Shown here piece by piece: positions 11,545 to 24,948 of a stretch of DNA of 64,000 nucleotides. Made by a program: the position numbers and the translations under genes. The notes under the pieces were generated by a model. That model worked only from the letters and a program-made list of their open reading frames with translations. It ran no database searches and was not told where the DNA came from. Within the stretch, counting starts at the first letter, position 1; every line of letters begins with the position of its first letter. The DNA is from Tubiluchus corallicola (lineage: Eukaryota > Animalia > Priapulida): NCBI GenBank assembly GCA_030141605.1, contig JAQGDQ010000739.1, forward strand, positions 18,165 to 82,164, given 5' to 3'.

Positions 11545-11766
11545 TGTGTGTGCTTAGCAGACAACAAAGTTAAGCATCATCAAGGCTGATCAACGTGAAT
11601 GGATAGGCGACCAACAATCGTTCAATATCTGCCCAGGTTAATTTCATTCACCGGTGTAGGCTGATTGTAGCTGTTTAGTGTGATTGTGAAAAGATGTAAG
11701 ATAATGAGACTAAGACACTAGATCTCCGAGATGGGGCATTGAACCAGCAGAAGTGTCTTGGCCTCC
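11545..11766 (+). mobile_element. 5S rRNA-derived SINE-like copy with a downstream hairpin
   Basis: AAAGTTAAGCATCATCAAGGCTGATCAACGTGAATGGATAGGCGACC is 5S A/C box-like. Stem GAGACTAAGACACT ... AGTGTCTTGGCCTC at about 11706-11765. Confidence 0.5.
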
Positions 11767-14700
11767 TTCACTTCGGAAAATGTTGAGACACTTCAACTGT
11801 TCAGGGTCTGATCATGGCAATCTTTGAATTCGAGGTAGAGACTGGTCCTGCCATAACAGTGAAATGACGCAGTCCCTGCCACTAGTGCTGTATTCTGGTT
11901 TGCATTATTTAATCGGATAAAAAATATTAACATTCGAAACGTTTTGATTGTGAACGAATGCTAATGCCCTGCGGCCAACCAAGGTGAATTGGATTCGTTT
12001 ACATTACGAAGATAATAGTAAGAGTGGTTTATACTTTACACACATAATACGTTATACTGTACAATAGGTTTAGCTGTGAGAGCTAGTAAAATATGGTAAT
12101 TAAGTGAGAAGGTTCTTCCAACCGCATTAAACTCGCTGAATGAAAAACACATTTTAATCAAAGTCACACAATAAACAAAATGCCAATGTTTGCTTACAGT
12201 TTCTTTGTTTACCAACAAATAGCGTGTTTACAAAAGGCCAAGGTCAAGCGGTCTTTGTCTGGTCGGTCGTGCCCACCCTAGCGCAGACCCCTACAGTGCG
12301 TACACTCGGGTCACGTGACGGGTTTGTGTTGGCAGCCGTGGCTGTACATTCGCTGCTTTATGTTTATTTGCTATGCAGTTGTGAGTAGTACAGTGTGTGT
12401 TCGCTCGGTCGTTAGACGTGTGCGATTAAATCATCTAGTGATTACCTTCTAGTTATTAGACGAATATGTGCATACGTGAATGGGATTTGATAAGCTCTGA
12501 CATGATTGCATTATAATTGTGCTGCGTTATTTCTATAGAGAAAATTACACTAATTTACAGGAGTAAGTCTACGTTGTTGTCATGCTGTTATTTGGTAGTT
12601 GTGAAATTGTGTTGGTAAAAATGTAGATTTCTGTTCCTGTTCATACAGTTTCACTTTCGGCGGCGTGCAAGAAAAACATTGTTTCTGCTGTGCAGTGCTG
12701 CTGTGTCTTTGTTTGCAAAGTTCGTGTACCTAAGTACGAACTTTGAACTGCGCGGTTCGTATATTTTTTGTAGAAATAAAAAACTGTTGAAACGACAAGT
12801 ACATACTTGTATAGATCACGTGTGCTTATATGAGTGTCATAAGTTAATGGACGGGACAAGCTTTACACATTCTTCGTGCTGTTCAACACGTGATCGGCGT
12901 ATTGAGAGAGAACCGTTTATAGATAGTTACCATCTAGGTCCTTATTTCTTTGGATGAGAATCACATCCCGTTACTGGAATAACTACATCTTGGAAACTAT
13001 ATAGTTACATTCTTGATTTCAAGTGAAGGAGGTGATTTCGCGCTATCGATGAGTACTACAAACTTATCAGTACGTAAATAATTCGCTTACATTATTACAA
13101 GTCTAGAGTTTACGTTTAGCATTTGTGATTACACATCAGAGTTATTTAGTGTCCACGTACGAGATGTTTTCTTTCAACTAATTTTCGTTTTAAAAATACA
13201 AAAAAATATGAATGTGCTCAATCAGCTTCAAATGTCATTTTCTGTTATCTTTTACGGGTAGTTTGCTGTTTAGGTGGTTATTTTACAACTCAGGACAGTA
13301 TTATTTCGTAAAATTAAAGGTGGCTAAAGTTTCGTTGGTTTTTCAGTGGTAAATTGATAATTCTGTCAAGGTTTTATTATGCCGCCATACGCAAAAGCTA
13401 ATATATCACAAAATCGTTTAGGATGAAAATGACACGAAGTCATGAATAATACCTGCCTTTATTACGCCTTGTTAAAAATTAATCAGTTTGCCGGTTGATT
13501 TATTGGGTTAGGTTTCTGGTTGCATAAATTAAGCATCAGCAGGTAAGCTTGGTTGCTTGGTGCGCAGGTGTGATGAGTGATGAGTATATTTTGTATGTGA
13601 ATTCATCTTGCTTTATCATCTTCTCACGCTTTGCTTGCGTCACCTGACACACCTACACAATGTCTATCATTAGATCAGCATTATTGCGTTAACGATGACT
13701 GTTGTTTCGTAAAAGGTAAAAATGGGGTCAGGCAGAAGCAGCTCGTAGGACAATGATAATGCTAATTATTAGGATTTACGTTTTAGCAAAGTGGGCTTAG
13801 CAGTGCAGTTTTGAATAGCAATTAACAGAATAAACAAAGTTTAGTTTTTATTGTTAAATTCCTATAAAACTCGTCGCACTGCAGATGTAAGTTAATTCAA
13901 AATTTTGATTAAAAATTAATAATATGTTTATAATTTCAATGTGTCGAATTTATTATAAGAACGTAGTCTGTTCTGTGTAGGTTAACTGACGAATTAAATC
14001 ACTAATTTGTTTTCTAATCGCTGTATTTATCCATTATTCTCAAATAAATGATTTATATTGTCGATGGAACAGTGTAATTCCTTCCTGTCAATGACTATAT
14101 ACAGTTTGTACGGCGCTGTAATTTGGCCAAGGGGCGGGTTTTGGTTCGTTCTGTTCCACTCCTTTTTATTGCTTTGCTCGATTTCAATTGTAATGAAACT
14201 GTAGATATAACACTTTCGTTACGGAAGTGGATAATTTGGCTGTAGCTTGGTGAAACGTTTCTAATCAAAGAGTTCACTACATGCTGTACGATGATAATGA
14301 CGACAAATTGATTGCTTCCGATGTTTATCGCTACTTATGCGATCCTGTCGTAACGGACCGTGGTAAAAACGTTACAACGCCCCCACTCCCCATCCCCCTG
14401 GACTGTTCAAAGTTAAAGTTGTTGTAGGAAAAACTTGTGCTTCTCGTTTAATTTGCTAAAATGTTTTCGAGTGAGTATGAGTGTTGAGGTTAGTCGACTC
14501 TCATTGAAAGAATCGATTTGGTTTGCCTGTTCAGAAATATTATACTACAGTATAAAACTTCGCAACATTGCATTGTTCTACGCAACATCATTGTTTATTT
14601 CACTGGGTAGCAACTAAATAATACAATAGAATACAATACAGTTTAAAATATACTAAAACAATAAACATAGCATTGTCATACAATAACATTTTACGTAAGA

Positions 14701-16873
14701 ACATGTCAAACAAGAATAACATGGTTAGTAAGTAAACACAATAGTCGAGTACAATAATCATGAGTTTATACGTCAGTTTTTAAGTTGATTGCATGTTTTA
14801 AAATTTAATAGTTATTGCCTGACTGTATTACATAATATAATTTCATTAGGGAACTATTAAGCAAACATGTCATATTAACTGTGAAATTAACTGTAACAGA
14901 AAACTGACGTTCAACGTAATCGATCAGACTAAAAGAAAAAGGAAACGAATAATTGAAAATTAGTATTATATATTTTTTTCATTAGCATGGTAACACTAAA
15001 GATTTGAAAATACAACAGGAGTAAGAATACAATCGCTAAATGTCCCCAGTAAGTAAAAGATACAAGAGAAAGAATACAAAAAGCGCTGGTCACAAGAACA
15101 AGAGTAGCGAAAAGCATAAAATAAAGAATAAACTCATGGTGCTGTAACGTGAACCGTTGCGTCTTTTTTCTCTTTATTATTGGGCTTTCTTACTAATGAG
15201 TTTGAATAAATTGGTTCCCTTTTCCAGTTACTGATCCGACCGGGCGCTGCTTTTTTTTTCAAAGTCCAGTTAGCATACGCACTACATAGTTTTACATGTA
15301 ATAGTATTAGCCACGTCACGTGGTCAACTTTGAAACAACCTATCATCATGCATGTCGTACAGTGTTTAACAAACACTCGTACGTGACGTGTATCGCATTT
15401 TGGGTCATTTGCTGGTAACGACTGGTTCAAAGTGCCGCTGTCTTACTGGCTTTTCTCTAGGGGGCGCTTCCGTTTCCTAATCATCAGCAAGGGCTGTAAT
15501 GAAAAGCTTCGTTTCTGTGGTCTGGTGTTCATAACTTGTCATTCACAACGTGGTTAACTTTACCCCTGAGAGATGAGAAGTAAATTACAGAATCCGATTA
15601 AGACCTCTCTTTCTCTGTATGTGTGCGTGTGTGCGTGCGTGGACTGGCTTCAAAGGTTTCACGTATATCCTCTAGTAATCTGATGTTAGTCAAGTGACTT
15701 GAGATTGTGGTTTTATTTAGTAATTTACTAGTACAACAATTTGGGCCATTTTCATTTCTTTATTAAATCTAATGTTTTGTAGCAACTTGCCAGTTTTCGT
15801 AAATAAGCATTTTCACAGGTCCAGGGATTGATGATGATCGTGAAAAGGTCAAAGGTTATGTGAATGAGACAACGGATTTGTGTCCACTTGACAACACCTA
15901 TCAGCCCAAGCTGTTGTAACAGTAACAGTTTTTTAAGAGCTAGGTAGAACCTTAACCTAATTGATTTTTTCTTGCTTCCAAGCAAGATTCTGCTAGCAAA
16001 TCACTTTACGCAAAGACTAATGCATAGTTAAGCAAAGTCCACGCAGAACAGCTGACGTTTCTGAACTCATGCGGCAGACGGCTTTGCTTTACATGTCGTG
16101 TGGCGGTTGCAGTTGAGACATGTTGTTTGCGTTCACTCAACCTTTGACCGAAAACAACTACGACTGCGCACAACGAAACTGCGAAAAGGTTTATTGTTAG
16201 CCAAAATTATTATTGCGTAATGTGCAGCCCATTAGAGTGTTGCATTATAAGTAAGGGGTTTATCAATTGATAAACATTCTAAGATATTCAGTACAAACAA
16301 AAAAATTTTAACTACTGTAGAGGTTTTTAATATTACGTATCATATCATTGGCATCGTAAAGAACAACTCTTTGCATAGTGCTGTAAAGCGTGTGAAGTTT
16401 GTAATGCTTTTAAAATGTGCGCAATTGATATTTTCAATGAACAGCTCAAAACCGTTTTCAAGTGAAGTACGTCTTTCCTAAGTGCAGCACGAGGCTGATC
16501 AGTACCTTACTTTATTACCCAGAAATCGGATTAAGAGACAATACGCGTGTGTGGAAAAATAAAAAGATGTATACGCACCTCGTTAAAAGCAGCACATAGT
16601 CACATACCAATGACATCGACATTTAACAGTGAAAAGGGGGTTTGGTAAATCTGTGGGCTTAAAAACGTTTAAAACTGTCTTTGTAAATCCAGAGACAAAC
16701 CACTGGGCTGCAAGGGGTAGTATTTTGCCCTGCTTAAAATTATGCGCTTTGACAAATTAATTTAGCTGACTTAATTCATGAATGCTGTGTATGAATTTTG
16801 TAAGCTGTTCAGTTTTCCGGAAGTGTTGGCAAGATCGGGCATTTAATTTTTATATGAATGTTACCATCTTGAC

Positions 16874-17478
16874 CAGGGCCAAATTATGACTTTTTGGAGC
16901 CGTTAGCAAAAAAAATATGGCCCAGTTCCTGCAAACAGAGCTAGCATCTACTAGCCTGTCTTAAATATTTTTATTCGTGATATATTTTAGGAACATTTAC
17001 ATAGCTTGAAGTAAACTTATTGCAAATTCTTTGAATAAACTAGAATAGGTTAGAATAGAATAGAATAGAATAGAATAGAATAGAATAGAATAGAATAGAA
17101 TAGAATAGAATAGAATAGAATAGAATAGAACAGAATAGAATAGAACAGAATAGGATGGAGTAGAATAGCTATCTTTCGTTTGACAAAAAAAGAAAGAAAT
17201 ACCATTATTTTACTATTTATTACAAACCAAATTAGCACGTATTTTAATAACACAAAAATTTGTTTAATCTTTTTATTACATGCACTTGTAAACATTTATA
17301 GTTAAAACACCACAACTTTATTAAAACTTTTAACTAAAATTAAATATAAATTTAGAGTTTTAATAAAGTTGTGGTGTTTTAACAAAAATTTGTATTTGAA
17401 GATCGTTTAGCAGGGCCTTTCAAGCTTGAGGGGTCCTAGACTGCAGCCTCTACCAGCCCCTAGGTTAATCTGGCCATG
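16874..17478. mobile_element. hAT-like MITE containing a (TAGAA)n tract and a 28-bp perfect inverted repeat
   Basis: Ends are CAGGGCCAAATTA and (reverse complement) CATGGCCAGATTA. Flanks ATCTTGAC and TTCTTGAA match at 6/8 as a TSD. Confidence 0.55.
17041..17152. repeat. (TAGAA)n pentanucleotide microsatellite
   Basis: Read directly. Confidence 0.95.
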
Positions 17479-19551
17479 TTCTTGAATGTGTAACACATGA
17501 ATTTTCAAATACATGTGGTGATAGTCAGCAAGTTTTGGTGTTTTCTGTTTCTCAGAATTTCACATTGACACGCGGGAATCTGGTTTTTCTCTTGAATGAC
17601 GACGATTTCAGGCCAAATGGTGTCGCCATGACTCAAGTAGATTTCCGAGAGAATTAGGAAAAGGCAGGTCCAGTCAACACAAAGACTAACATTCACAGAA
17701 AGACGAATGACTTGCCATAAAACCCATCGCAATTATGATCTAGGAGTGGGCAGGTAATCTCTGATTGCGCAGGTATACGTAGGTGTTCACAGGTAGAACA
17801 GTGAATGCTCTCAAGGATTTTCTGCAGCCTCACCTTACCTGCTGGGTAACAGGTAAATACAGGTATACTTACGGGTGAGCACAGGCTTTTGCGATTATTT
17901 CAATTACTGTTGCGTCTAAATTAAACCTTGAAGTCGGACCAAATTACTAATTTTGTGCAGTGTGACCTTTCTAGCACATTATGGACTGAACACATTCTTA
18001 CCTTTACTGGTTTTCTTCAAGTTGAATTAAAGTTACTTGGCGCGTGAGAGGGTGTTTAGTCGTGTCTGCGTGTGCGTGTCTGTCAAAATTGATGAACTTG
18101 TAATCACTTGGATAGCGAATAGGTCTGGGCAAGCCTGGAGGAACAACAGACTTATTGTTTGAAAAGCGAGCAGGTGCAGTGTATTAGATTGAATGGTAGT
18201 GGCTGCTATTGAGTGCCAGGGCCCTGCAGGGTCCGCTTCTGGTCCTGAAGGACAGACATACTATGGCCATCTAATGTGATCGGGCATCAGATCCTTGTAC
18301 TAAAACAATGAAGGAAAGAACGAGGTTGATAAAGGACGCCTGTATCGTCTGGAAACTTAGTGATTTTTGTCTCAAAATGTCAGAGGTCAAGGTCAAAAGA
18401 TGTGAATCAGTGTGTATTTTGGTTAATTTGCGTACTTGATTTAAAGTACTCACATATTTGATTTTCCTTTAAATTAGATTTCTGATGCAGAGATTTGAAA
18501 TGTTTATATATTGTTTGTTATATATAATGTTCACATATGTAAATATATATACCATTTATTTCAAACAGATTTTTCACATTAAAATTATAAAAAAGTTGAA
18601 ATTTATCTAGAAAAAATTACAATTAGATTACCAGACACTGACACAAACAAATATATACTTAAAAAATTAATACTAAAGATCAAAACAAGCAAAAGTATTG
18701 CTATACAGATATTACAATTACACGTCTCACAATATATCCACATACGTGTTATATTAATACATCGTACGTTATGCCAATGGAATGCACCCATGAAAAGTCA
18801 ATTATCACAAAGCCAATTTTTGACTTTCTTTAAGTTACACATTTCTGAAAAATTATTATTTCTTTTGAAAGCTTTTGTGGTATCTTCTAGCTATCACAAC
18901 AATGATTTCGTTCATTTATGAACACGTGACGAGGGTGTGTGACGGTATTTCTCCAACCTGAACAAATTTCGTTGCTGATTCTGTCTATGTTTCGCCTCAT
19001 CGTGACGTGTTTTGCTAAGCCAGGGATTTTCGCCATTTTGCTATTGTCACTTATGGCTCTTTATGCCACCCATACTTAATGCTACTTATATTACACTGTC
19101 ACCCACAGGCTACTCTTGGGTTGATATAAGCGCCGAGAAACTATTACATCCATCTTGCAGCCACTATAATCTTGAGTTAGTTCAAATTCGAGCGTTGTGT
19201 CAGCGCCAGTCTGTCTCTTGACGACGTGTAGCGTTTTAAGAAAGGGTTACGATGAAATTTTACATGGTTTACAATGTTTAGTGAGTCGCGCGTGCAGCTC
19301 GTTTCGACTGACGCTACATTATAAGTGACAACGTAATTTTGCCCTTCCATTTTAAGATGCTTTTATCAGATCTATATCAGAACTGATGCGTCTTTTCTAA
19401 TGTGGCTGTGCTCTGCTGCCTTTTCACAGCAACACGAGTGGCAGCAGTGTCATTTCTTGAGAATTTCGAAAGGCGAAAATTAGCGCGAATGACTTCATCT
19501 ACGTAGTTTCAACTGTAACCGGCAACAGTGTCACAGAAATGTCACTATTTT

Positions 19552-19846
19552 GTATCTAGGAAAAAACTCACAGGAAAAAAGTCACAATTTATCTAGAAAA
19601 AAAGTCATGTGATAAAACAAAATCAAACAAAAATATTCACATCCACAAGTAGCATGAGCAGTTAAAGTAATAAAACAGATGATATTTCAAGCCAATTATT
19701 AACTGGCAGTAATACATGACTTGTATATGTTGACAACGCTGTATATGATGGCATTAAGTGTATGTGAAAAAAATTTTGTTCTATATCTCAGGGTTGGGTT
19801 TAGGGTTATGTGACTTTTTTACCTGTGACGTTATTACATGCATTCC
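19552..19846. mobile_element. Small TIR element, Mutator/MULE-like
   Basis: The left end repeats GGAAAAAA(C/G)TCACA. The right end has the inverted TGTGACTTTTTTACCTGTGAC...GCATTCC. The TSD is unclear and the superfamily call is an inference. Confidence 0.45.
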
Positions 19847-21459
19847 TGTCAACTGACTGTGCCGAATATATCTAACAATTTGTATTTGTATTTTGTACAA
19901 CCTGTGAAACTGAGTGTATAATTTCACGTGGACTTTTTATTCTTCGTCTATAATTCAACGTACTTGTGTTAGTATAATTGTGCGTAGGACTGTGTTCAAA
20001 TATCCAGCCTACTAAATTCAGTTGGCGAGTTTAGCTTACAGAGAAAGGCTCAAGGTTGTGTAGCATGCATGTTATACGTGCAGAAATCGTCTGATCTACG
20101 CTTCTAAACAAACATGGTTCAGTCTGTCGCATTACGTAAGTGTAAATTGGTTAGCACATGTGTAACATCTCATCCTGGTTGTGTTTAACACCAGCTTTCA
20201 TCTACAGGAAGCAGATGTTACAGTAAATTATTCCCTCTCCCCCCTCGAAGCCATGACTCATCGTTAACTCACTCGTTTCAAATTAGAGATGGGCTTCAGC
20301 AATTTACAGCGCTTTCTTATCTATTCTATGCCACACGTAAGCCGCCAGGCACTCTGTGTAAATCTGCTTTTGCAAAAGCCATCGTGACGTGTAATACATG
20401 TCATTTTTACCACACGTCTTCTTGAGGTTTAGCTGTCTATGTTTTTTTACTGCTTTTGTATCTGTAGCACAATTTCAAGTGTGGTTAATGCAGCTGCACA
20501 ACGCGAATGTTATGCTATGGTTTCTGTAATTATGTACAAATTACATTGATCTATTTCATAACGTTGTTATTCACACGAGCCATTTATTGAAAGGCGCTCG
20601 GCTAATTAAAGTAATGTACATTCAACATCTCAGGGAGCAGTAGGCAACTATAGATTTGTTCCCTACGTGCACTTTGTTGGCTTTCACATCACTGCAATAT
20701 GAAGCTGTCATATATTGCACAAGAATTACGAGTAATTGCTACATAGCGTGTCCCAGTCACTTTACTCTTTGCTCAACTAGAGCGAGAGTGACGTATATGA
20801 TTTGCACAGTTCGCGTGAAAAGCAAAAGTGTTGCAGTAAATACCAATTAATGTCCTCATTGTGAACGCTGTGTGAGGAAAGATTCAATTAGGAATGTTTT
20901 TGTTTCGAGTGGAATGTGTTTAGACTCTTGGACTGAAACGTCGTTCCTTTTTCAATACATGTATGTGGAACTTTTTTTTAATTTTCATCTATTTTGGTCA
21001 TCGGTTTTTATCGTCATCTTGTTATAGTGCATTAATGGTCATCATAGAATTAATGATGTGGCGCTCTGTCCTGTAATTAGCTCAGTCTTAACAAGCGAGG
21101 AGGGGAGTAAATACCTAGCATTCTCAGTCAGCGTGTGTGACATCATTAGCCAGTTTACCAGCTTGCCTTTGCTTTCAAAATCACATAATCAAAGTTCCAT
21201 TAAGCGAAGACAGTCCGTACGGGCTCTCTGTCTGTTCAAAAGTTGACGTGGGAATTCGCAGCAGTTCCACTAGGACCGTAGCACGTTAGCAACGAGTGAA
21301 ATCGTTTACATCAGCAGGTCCAGCATTCTAGGTACCCGCATATTTTATGTACAGCAATATCGTCTTTTGTGTTGATATGCTGGCCAGGTCACGTGACTGC
21401 ATTCCTGAGAACCATGTTTCACGTATCGAAGTTAGCAAGCTGTTAATGACTGATAATTT

Positions 21460-21965
21460 ATACCAGTGATTGTTTCATTGTGTCAGTGGTTTTTATACTT
21501 GTTTCTCTGTGTATGATTGTTTCTTTGTGTCAGTGATTTAAGTCGTTTTTATGATACAGTAAAGTGATTGTAAAATTGTTTCTTTATACCAGTGATTGTT
21601 TCTTTGTGACAGTGATTGTTTCTTTGTGACAGTGATTCAAGTCGTTTTTATGATACAGTAAAGTGATTGTAAAATTGTTTCTTTATACCAGTGATTGTTT
21701 CTTTGTGTCAGTGATTGTTTCTTTGTGACAGTGATTCAAGTCGTTTTTATGCTACAGTGAAGTGATTGTAAAATTGTTTCTTTATACCAGTGATTGTTTC
21801 TTTGTGACAGTGATTCAAGTCGTTTTTATGCTACAGTGAAGTGATTGAGTGATTGTAAAATTGTTTCTTTATACCAGTCATTGTTTTTTGTGACAGTGAT
21901 TCAAGTCGTTTTTATGCTACAGTACAGTGATATTAGAATTGTTTCTCAATGACAGTGATTGGTTT
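21460..21965. repeat. Composite minisatellite built from CAGTGATTGTTTCTTTGTG subunits with a longer higher-order unit
   Basis: Recurrent CAGTGATTGTTTCTTTGTG and CAGTGATTCAAGTCGTTTTTATG(A/C)TACAGT blocks. Confidence 0.9.
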
Positions 21966-23737
21966 TTATACTAGAGATTGGTTTTTACGCTATGTTTCTT
22001 TGTTTGTTTATTCCCATGATTGTCTTTTTTTAAGGATTGTTCCGTATTAAAACGAAATCCTGGTCATCCATTTAACTAAGTGCATAATTATTGTGGTTCG
22101 TGTCAATTGTTAAAACGCTAAATAGCGTGGTCACCTTCGTTCTCATTAAAAATTGTGGTGTAATTTGTTTTTTACGTAACAGAGCTGTACAGGTGTGCAA
22201 ATGGTAACAGAGCTGTACAGGTATGCAGCAAATGGATGTAGTAAATGTAATAATGGTCAAGTTTACTAATTAATGAAAAATCGGTCAAGTAATCAGTAGT
22301 CTAGTCAAGTATTTTAGGAATGTTCGTCGAGACGCATTCCAGTATTAGTGAATCATAAAACAGAGGGTCATAAATCTACTAGTCTCTCTCATCGTTATTG
22401 CAACATTTAATCAATCCGCAAATATATTTGACAGCTAATTGCTGAACTGGTTGTTTGTTCTTGTGTGCTCAATGTTTCTGCATGTGTTTGCCGGGGTATC
22501 AAATTTGCAAGTTAACCGATGAGGTTAAACCGTTAAAGCTCTTACTAGTGAAAAAGTATTTCACATTTGTACCAGCTAAAGTACAGAGTGGAATACGTTT
22601 GTTAATTGATTACGTAATTCTGATCTTCATTACACAGGTCTATATGTCTATTCTGATAAAGGCAACTTCACAAATAAATTACATTTGCAAATAACTATGG
22701 CCTTAAACAAGAAAACTGGTCACACTAGGTAAAGCTTATTGTATAAAGTGAAGATAAGAGTGCACGTGATACTCGTTCGAGTTTGCAAGGAAACAATTTT
22801 TCTGACAGAGAATTCCACAGACAAGAAGTCCGAAGAAAAAACTAGATTTTAAAGCAGCTGTTCCACATCTAGGGACGTCCAAAGTAAACTATGAGTAAAC
22901 AAGCATGGTATTATTTCTAACAGTGCTTCTATTTTAAGCTCACCATACCTTGGCGTCAAATTCAGAGACAATACGTTACAGTTGGTTAGCATGTACGCAT
23001 ACACGTATATTAATATAGATAAGTAGCTTACAGGATCAGGTGCAATTCCTCCTCACAGGTGCATTTAGCGTTACCTAAGTATCTTTATTCTGTAAGACAG
23101 GCTTAGTGCTAAATACAGCTTAGTGCTAAACATAGCTAAGCCATTGGCTTCCACATACAGGGAGTTCCAAAAAACGTTTCACATACAACTAAGTGTTGTA
23201 GGCGTACTAGTATTACACAATGCACAGTCCAATACGTGCGGTCGTCTGGTGACGTGATGGAAGTGTCATCTGGTGAGAAGCAATTAGGAAGTTTGTCATC
23301 ATTATGTCATGAACGAAACACCTGGTAATATTAAAGAGCTAAATGACTATGAGTTTAAAAAAAGTTATAATGCACAATTTACTATCAAAATATTTGTTAT
23401 CTCCTCAGCTCTGTTTTATAAGTAAACTTGTTGTTATGCGTGTGTTTCATCAGTAGGTAAAGCTTTTATATGTAAGCTCACGACTATTCAGTCTATATGT
23501 ATAAATAAACCATATGCATGTTTAAATATTTATTATTAAATGTCTATAACTGTAATTTGCTATATTTTTTTCGAACTTTATTTAATTTATGGATATTGTT
23601 TCTTGAAGGAATTGTTTATGTTTAGTGTAAAATCCTCGTTCATATTTAGTCTATTATTGAACAATTTATTAGTATAGACTGTTTGATATGTCACTTCATA
23701 AATCACTGTTTAATAATTGCTATCGGGGCCGACTAGA

Positions 23738-24948
23738 TATGGTTTCTATGCATTGTGAAATGAATGTACTTGTATTGTCTTATGGCGCTGAAGTCCAGGT
23801 TTATTTTTGGAACGTTTCGTCACCATGGTTTCTATGCATTGTGAAATGAATGTACTGTCTTATGGCGCTGAAGTCCAGGTTTATTTTTGGAACGTTTCGT
23901 CACCATGGTTTCTATGCATTGTGAAATGAATGTACTTTGTATTGTCTTATGGCGCTGAAGTCCAGGTTTATTTTTGGAACGTTTCGTCACCATGGTTTCT
24001 ATGCATTGTGAAATGAATGTACTTTGTATTGTCTTATGGCGCTGAAGTCCAGGTTTATTTTTGGAACGTTTCGTCACCATGGTTTTTATGCATTGTGAAA
24101 TGAATGTACTTGTATTGTCTTATGGCGCTGAAGTCCAGGTTTATTTTTGGAACGTTTCGTCACCATGGTTTTTATGCATTGTGAAATGAATGTACTTGTA
24201 TTGTCTTATGGCGCTGAAGTCCAGGTTTATTTTTTGGAACGTTTCGTCACCATGGTTTCTATGCATTGTGAAATGAATGTACTTTGTATGGTCTTATGGC
24301 GCTGAAGTCCAGGTTTATTTTTGGAACGTTTCGTCACCATGGTTTCTATGCATTGCGAAATGAATGTACTTTGTATGGTCTTATGGTGCTGAAGTCCAGG
24401 TTTATTTTTGGAACGTTTCGTCACCATGGTTTCTATGCATTGCGAAATGAATGTACTTTGTATTGTCTTATGGCGCTGAAGTCCAGGTTTATTTTTGGAA
24501 AGTTTCGTCACCATGGTTTCTATGCATTGCGAAATGAATGTACTTTGTATTGTCTTATGGCGCTGAAGTCCAGGTTTATTTTTGGAACGTATCGTCACCA
24601 TGGTTTCTATGCATTGCGAAATGAATGTACTTTGTATTGTCTTATGGCGCTGAAGTCCAGGTTTATTTTTGGAACGTTTCGTCACCATGGTTTTTATGCA
24701 TTGTGAAATGAATGTACTTTGTATTGTCTTATGGCGCTGAAGTCCAGGTTTATTTTTGGAACGTTTCGTCACCATGGTTTTTATGCATTGTGAAATGAAT
24801 GTACTTTGTATTGTCTTATGGCGCTGAAGTCCAGGTTTATTTTTGGAACGTTTCGTCACCATGGTTTTTATGCATTGTGAAATGAATGTACTTGTATTGT
24901 CTTATGGCGCTGAAGTCCAGGTTTATTTTTGGAACGTTTCGTCACCAT
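23738..24948. repeat. About 87-bp tandem repeat, about 14 copies
   Basis: Unit ATGGTTTCTATGCATTGTGAAATGAATGTACTTTGTATTGTCTTATGGCGCTGAAGTCCAGGTTTATTTTTGGAACGTTTCGTCACC. The ORF track shows 29-aa periodicity. Confidence 0.97.

Noticed and set aside
23832-24862. Periodic ORFs in the 87-bp array
   Set aside because: Unit-length variants (86 bp and shorter) break the frame, so the repeat is non-coding.
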